This document shows, piece after piece, positions 57,335 through 64,000 of a stretch of 64,000 nt of DNA (positions are counted from its first letter, which is position 1; the number at the start of each line of letters is the position of its first letter). The DNA comes from Octopus vulgaris. Its lineage: Eukaryota. The stretch is from the NCBI GenBank assembly GCA_951406725.2, contig OX597827.1:59458001-59522000 (forward strand). Direction: 5' to 3'. The notes under the pieces are model-generated. The model saw only the letters and a list, made by a program, of their open reading frames with translations. It searched no databases and was not told the origin of the DNA. Both the position numbers and the translations under genes were made by a program.

Positions 57335-57515
57335 TGATAGATCGTTAGCCACTACACACATCTTTTTCTCTCCTTGTTTTTTCTGCGTACCTTTCTGTAG
57401 AAGAGCATAGGCTCGAAACGTAAAAGATTTTTTCTACTCCTGAGCGCTACACCAATACATCTGTTTGTACACCACCTGTCTTCGTCTTTTGTTTTTTTCG
57501 TAAACTTTCCCTTTA
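57335..57515 (+). mobile_element. ~185-bp hammerhead-bearing PLE-type element
   Basis: CUUU-CUGUAGA-A-GAGC-AUAG-GCUC-GAAA-CGUA-AAAG at 57391-57426. Homologous to 19422-19610 (minus) and 18530-18700. Confidence 0.7.
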
Positions 57516-57609
57516 TATACATATTATCGGAGTTGGAGAGATAATGTATATATTATATGGTGTTGGGGAGATAATATATTATATATATTATCTCTCTCTC
57601 TCTCTCTCT

Positions 57610-57649
<40 letters not shown>

Positions 57650-58085
57650 GGAGAGAGAGATAGAGAAAGAAAGAAAGAGAGAGAGAGAGAGTCTCACACA
57701 CACACACGAGCTTAGAGAACTAACTCTTAATCAGGAGATGGAAGACTCTGAGACAAAAGCCTAAGGTATGTTGTTCATTGAGTCTGTGGCAAATATCTGC
57801 ACCAACTTTCTACTATCAGCATTTTCAAAAAGTGTGGCTGATCCAGTGCAAGTCTTTAATCACTAAAAACAAACCATCTGTGAAAATATCAGCCAAGATA
57901 TTGTCTGTTAGACTTTCGCATTGATATGATGGCAGTGTACTCCAACAGGTACTTCACTTCGTTTATATTTGGAGTCCTATAGTCAGGGAGAAAGTTTGAG
58001 CTCGATGGGCCACGCTAGTCTTATTGCGTGATGGTTCAGGTCAGAAGTACATTAAATCAGCACAACAACTTGATGAGTTGTTACT

Positions 58086-58215
58086 TTATACTATTATCGA
58101 TTCCAGAAAGACGTAACGCAAGATTGCCCTCGACGGGATTTGAACACAGAGCATAAAGAGCCAGAATAAATAATATAATACTTTTGTTCGACGCTCTAAT
58201 AATTCCGCCAGCTTA
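58086..58215 (-). mobile_element. SINE family C, diverged head
   Basis: Minus: aagctggcggaattattagagcgtcgaacaaaag...ctgtgttcaaatcccgtcgagggcaatcttgc. Confidence 0.6.
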
Positions 58216-58898
58216 CAGCTCTGAAGGGAGCCATATACGTATGTATATGGATCTACAAGTTCGTAAAGCATTTTGTGATCATGCACGCACATAAACATAG
58301 AACTTCTGTAGAAATGAATAGTTATAGTTAATAAGATGTCGTATAAAGCAAGGAAGTCCTCTGGCGACGGATTGGCTGACATGTGATGATTTATGACACA
58401 TTGGGCCATCCATACTGGCATTGCTATGGGAACAAATGTAATCGTTTGTCTGGCGTGATTGTTATAGGAAGAGAAAGAGTGTAGGGGAAAATCATTGGAT
58501 GGAAATAGAATGAAAAGAGAGCAGGAGAGAAAGGGAGAGGTAGAGAAAGAAAGAGAGAGAAAAAGTGTTAGTGAGTAAGTAAGTGAATGAGAAAGAGAGA
58601 GAGAGAGAGAGACAGAGAGACAGAGAGAGACAGAGAGAGAGAGACAGAGAGAGAGAGACAGAGGGAAAGAGTGAGAAACAGGAAGAGAGAGAGTGAGAGT
58701 GAGGGATAAAGACAGACAGATAGCTCTGTTGAGCAATATTAAGAATCACACCCATAATGCACGTTCATATACATATGTACATACACATACATTAAACAGA
58801 GAAGAGCGAGAAAGACAGAGAGAGAGAGAAAGACAGAGGGATTTGTCTGTTTCTCTATTTTGTCCATCCATCTATCTATCTGTCTATCTGTCTCTCTG

Positions 58899-58993
<95 letters not shown>

Positions 58994-59266
58994 GTTTGTT
59001 ATGGTATTTTGTTTGACAGGGTCCCGCCAATAAAGGGTTTAGGTGATCAAATCAACCTCACTACTCAATCTAGGTTTGACACTTATTCTATCTGAGCACT
59101 AAGTTACAGGGACGTAAACAAACCAACACCTGATTTTAGGCTTTTATGCATGCATACACGCACACACATACACTTTTGTGTATTGGCCAACCAGGCAGAG
59201 AGACAGAAAGGCAATCAGACTGACAGACAGACTGTGAACAATCCATCCATCCAGCCATCCATCTAT

Positions 59267-59306
<40 letters not shown>

Positions 59307-59999
59307 CCGGCCAACCAACCAACCAGCCAGCCAGCCAGCCCTACAGCCAGCCAGATAGCCATCCAACCATCCATCCATCTAACCAGCCAGTCAAACAGAC
59401 AGACAGCCACACAGACAGAGAGACAGAGAGACAGACAGACTGGCAGGCAGGCAGGCAGGCAGATAGGCAGACTAAGATGAAGTGTGTTGGTGGTATTATA
59501 TTCGTTAGTGAGTGGTGGAAAGACGGGGTGGGGGAAGGAGTGAGGTGTGAAGGTAAGAAATGCAGATGCCGCTACCTGGTGGCGCACCGACCGATAAACG
59601 CTAGTGCACAGGTGTTGGCATCTCTGTCTCTAATTGGGGCCTTAATTGCCAGCACAGGATATTTCAGGGATTGAAACCTCTGATTATCATAACCACCCGC
59701 CATGTGTAAGCTCAGTGCATTAACTGAACCAGAGAAACAGAGAGAGAGAGAGAAAGGGAGGGGCAACGAAAAGGTGAAGGTGAGAGGAGAGAAAATGAGA
59801 GAGAAGGCGGAGGAGGAAAGAGAAGAAAAAAATGTTATGCGTGTAGAGACAGGTGTTCCTTCTCTTCTTAACAGATTTTCAACAAATACCATCGTTTCTC
59901 TCTCTCTCTTCTCTCTCTCTCTTCTCTCTTTCTCTCTCGCTCTCTCACTGTCTCAACAGGTAGATATGCGATGTGCGTATGTATGTATGCATTTATGTG

Positions 60000-61385
<1,386 letters not shown>

Positions 61386-62154
61386 TTGTATATATGTCTA
61401 TAAGTATATAAAAACAAATATCTATGATGGTATTTTCATAATGCTGAGCCACAATCAGTGAAGATAGGCAGATACAAGCTCGTGGGTGGTTTATACGCAG
61501 ACCAAGTTAGGTGTGCGCAAGGTAAGTTTATGCGTGTGTATGTGTGTTATAATCTGCTCCTTGCGTGGTTTTTGTTGTTTTTGTTTGTTGTTGTTGTTAT
61601 GCTTGTTGTTGTTGTTGTTGTTCCTTTACGGGTGAATTTAGAGTTCAGTGCAATATTTTAATTGCATGTTTTGAATACAATATTCACTGTGTTTATATAA
61701 CGGTGAGAGAGAGAAAAAAAAAATAATATGTCTGTTCGTCTATCTTTGTATCTTAATCTGTTGATTGGTGTCAAGCGTTATACCGCCGCCGCCGTCACCA
61801 CGGCCGACAACGCCGCCGCCGCCAGCACTGCCCCCGCCGCCAACCTCACAACCATGAGAATCGCATCACCGCCGACATCATTATCACCACCATGAGCATG
61901 ACCACCGCCATTACCGTCACCACTACCACGACGACGACGACCACCACCACGACCACCACCACCACCACCACCACCAACACAATACCATCAAATCCACCAC
62001 CACCACCACCACCACCACCACCACCACCACCACCAACACAATACCATCAAATCCATCACCACCACCATTAGCTAATTATTCCACCACAGCTGTAAATTTT
62101 TTGACACACAGATATAAAGAAATACACAGTAAGGTGTTTTATGTGTGTTTACAG

Positions 62155-62303
62155 ACGTGACTGTGTGGCAAAAATTTTGCTTCCGAATCACATGATTCCG
62201 GGTTCAGTCCCTCCGAATGACACAGGGCAAGTGTCTTCTACTATATCCTCGGGTCGATTAATGCCTTGTGAGTAGATTAAATAGACGAAAACTAAAAGAA
62301 ACC
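62155..62303 (+). mobile_element. SINE family A head and body, truncated where the next element begins
   Basis: gtgactgtgtggcaaaaattttgcttccgaatcacatgattccgggttcagtccc..gggcaagtgtcttctactatatcctcgggtcga..gacgaaaactaaaagaaacc. Confidence 0.8.
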
Positions 62304-62307
62304 TAGA

Positions 62308-62585
62308 GAGATGAGGAATTATGTACATGATTTACATATGCCCACGGGCATATGGCGTTGTGGTTAAGAGCGCGGGCTACTAACCCCAAGATTCCGAGTT
62401 CGATTCCAAGCAGTGACCTAAACAATAACAATAAGAATAATTACAACATCGAAAAATACCTTAAGAATGAGAACTCAGGTTCGAAATTTCCCTAAGACAC
62501 CTGAAGAAGGCTGGAAGAAGGCCGAAACGTTGTGTTAACAACAAACTAGATAAGGACAAATATCCGTCATGTAAATAATGTAATA
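62308..62585 (+). mobile_element. tRNA-headed SINE-like element carrying a minimal hammerhead ribozyme, with inverted termini
   Basis: tRNA-like head at 62346-62420 (box A TGGCGTTGTGG, box B GAGTTCGATTCC), AAC/AAT spacer, hammerhead at 62496-62536, fold-back CATATGCCC-AC-GGGCATATG, and a 14-bp inverted repeat at 62324-62337/62569-62582. Confidence 0.75.
62496..62536 (+). ncRNA. Minimal type I hammerhead ribozyme motif (intact core)
   Basis: GACAC-CUGAAGA-A-GGC-uggaagaag-GCC-GAAA-CGUU-GUGUU: stem I, CUGAnGA core, stem II, GAAA and a palindromic AACGUU in place of stem III. Predicted cleavage after GUU at 62531. Confidence 0.7.
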
Positions 62586-62602
62586 GAAACCTGTTGTATA
62601 TA

Positions 62603-62893
62603 TTGTTTGTTTGTTCCTTCTCGAGCCACGGCTGGCTCATTAGGGCCGGTTTCTCGGTTTCCTTGGCGTATAGGTTCCTCATCTGCACGGGACGCCGATC
62701 CGTCGCAGGTGAGCTGCAAGATGCAGGAGGAAAGAGTGAGAGAAAGTTGTGGCGAAAGAGTCAGCAGAAGTTCACTATTATCTTGCCGGAGCTGCGTGGA
62801 GCTTAGGTGTTTCGCTCATAAACACACACATCGCCCGGTCTGAGATTCGAACCCGCGATCCTTCGAACGCGAGTCCGCTGCTCTAACCACTAG
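62603..62893 (-). mobile_element. SINE family B variant (tail 1')
   Basis: Near-identical to 35598-35890. Confidence 0.9.
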
Positions 62894-63037
62894 GGTATGC
62901 ATATATATATATATATACATACATACATACATACATGCATATATATATATATAATTATGTATGTATGTATGTATGTATGTATGTATGTATGTATGTATGT
63001 ATGTATGTATGTATGTATGTATGTATGTATGTATGTA

Positions 63038-63114
<77 letters not shown>

Positions 63115-63802
63115 CACTGGCCAGAAACATATAAACATCATAGACATTCGTATCCATACATCTTATTAATTTTTTCACTTCGGTCTTTTATAAAACTCAA
63201 AATACATTTCTTTATTTTAATCCTTTTTTTCAAAATCATCAACCATGAGCGGGCAAAATTCGAAACCCACCGCTTTCAATCAAAATGTTGGTTTAATTTT
63301 ACTTCAAAAATTGACCAACTTCATATATTCGGCCCTTCACTAATCTCTCTTATTCACGAAAAGGGTCACGCTGTTTCGTTTTCCCCACATTTCACATATT
63401 TCACCTGTTAGATATATTTAATATTATTTTGTATTAAGGGATCTATGTCAAGGTAGCAGGATTAGGTTCTTTTGCAGATTCGGATTAGACTCATTAAGGG
63501 ATTAACAGACATGACCTAGTTTTATAAATTTTGCCCACTACCCAACAACTATAATTACTCCCTCTCTCCCTGCGCTTCTTTATCGTCCTTTTAAAACCTT
63601 TCGCCTTCCTTCGATTCATGGCCGTTTTTTTATTTCTATCATTTCTCTGTCATTCCTGGCGTGTGCTCATATATGTGCGTACGTACGTGTGTAAGCGTGT
63701 GTACAGATGTGTGTGTGTTTGTATGTATGTATGTATGTATGTATGTATGTATGTATGTATGTATGTTATACTAACATATATATTAATATACACAACAGTT
63801 CA

Positions 63803-64000
63803 AGGCGGTGAGCTGGCAGAAACGTTAGCACGCCGGGCGAACTGCTTGGGAGTATTTCGTCCGCCGCTGCGTTCTGAGTTCAAATTCCGCCGAGGTCGAC
63901 TTTGCCTTTCATCCTTTTGGGGTCGATAAATTAAGTACCAGTTACGCACTGGAGTCAATGTAATCGACTTAATCCCTTTGTCTGTCCTTGTTTATCCCTT
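63803..64000 (+). mobile_element. SINE family C (runs off window end)
   Basis: aaggcggtgagctggcagaaacgttagcacgccgggcgaa..gttctgagttcaaattccgccgaggtcgactttgcctttcatcc. Confidence 0.92.

Noticed and set aside
57720-57990. Possible LINE zinc-knuckle region or exon
   Set aside because: No frame gives a recognisable motif with confidence.
62346-62420. Genuine tRNA gene (also considered for the heads at 8618, 14800, 27900, 29980, 44500)
   Set aside because: Acceptor and T stems pair poorly, and each head continues into a repeated SINE body.
63175-63410. Possible Helitron or DNA-transposon fragment
   Set aside because: No termini, second copy or coding signature visible in the window.

Overview
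Eukaryotic, AT-rich, extremely microsatellite-rich non-coding DNA. The SINE families and the (TA)n/(CA)n/(TATG)n/(TATC)n/(TAA)n density strongly suggest an octopus (coleoid cephalopod) genome; this is pattern recognition, not a database match. I see no intact host protein-coding gene, and nearly all ORFs in the supplied track are translations of simple repeats. Supported content: (1) a full-length decayed 1.29-kb mariner (10198-11485), a second mariner remnant, two maT/DD37D remnants, a mariner MITE nested in a SINE and a piggyBac-type MITE; (2) non-LTR retrotransposon remnants: an L1/Tx1 3' end, an RTE-like 3' end with two C2H2 fingers, and two RLE-type (R4/Dong-like) elements stacked in (TAA)n and (CATA)n microsatellites; (3) a decayed Penelope-like RT fragment; (4) about 35 copies of at least four tRNA-derived SINE families with swapped tails. 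The most notable signal is a set of short elements carrying minimal hammerhead-ribozyme-like motifs, several with inverted terminal duplications. One of them (62308-62585) fuses a tRNA-derived Pol III SINE head to a Penelope-type hammerhead and is a candidate Penelope-mobilised, self-cleaving SINE.
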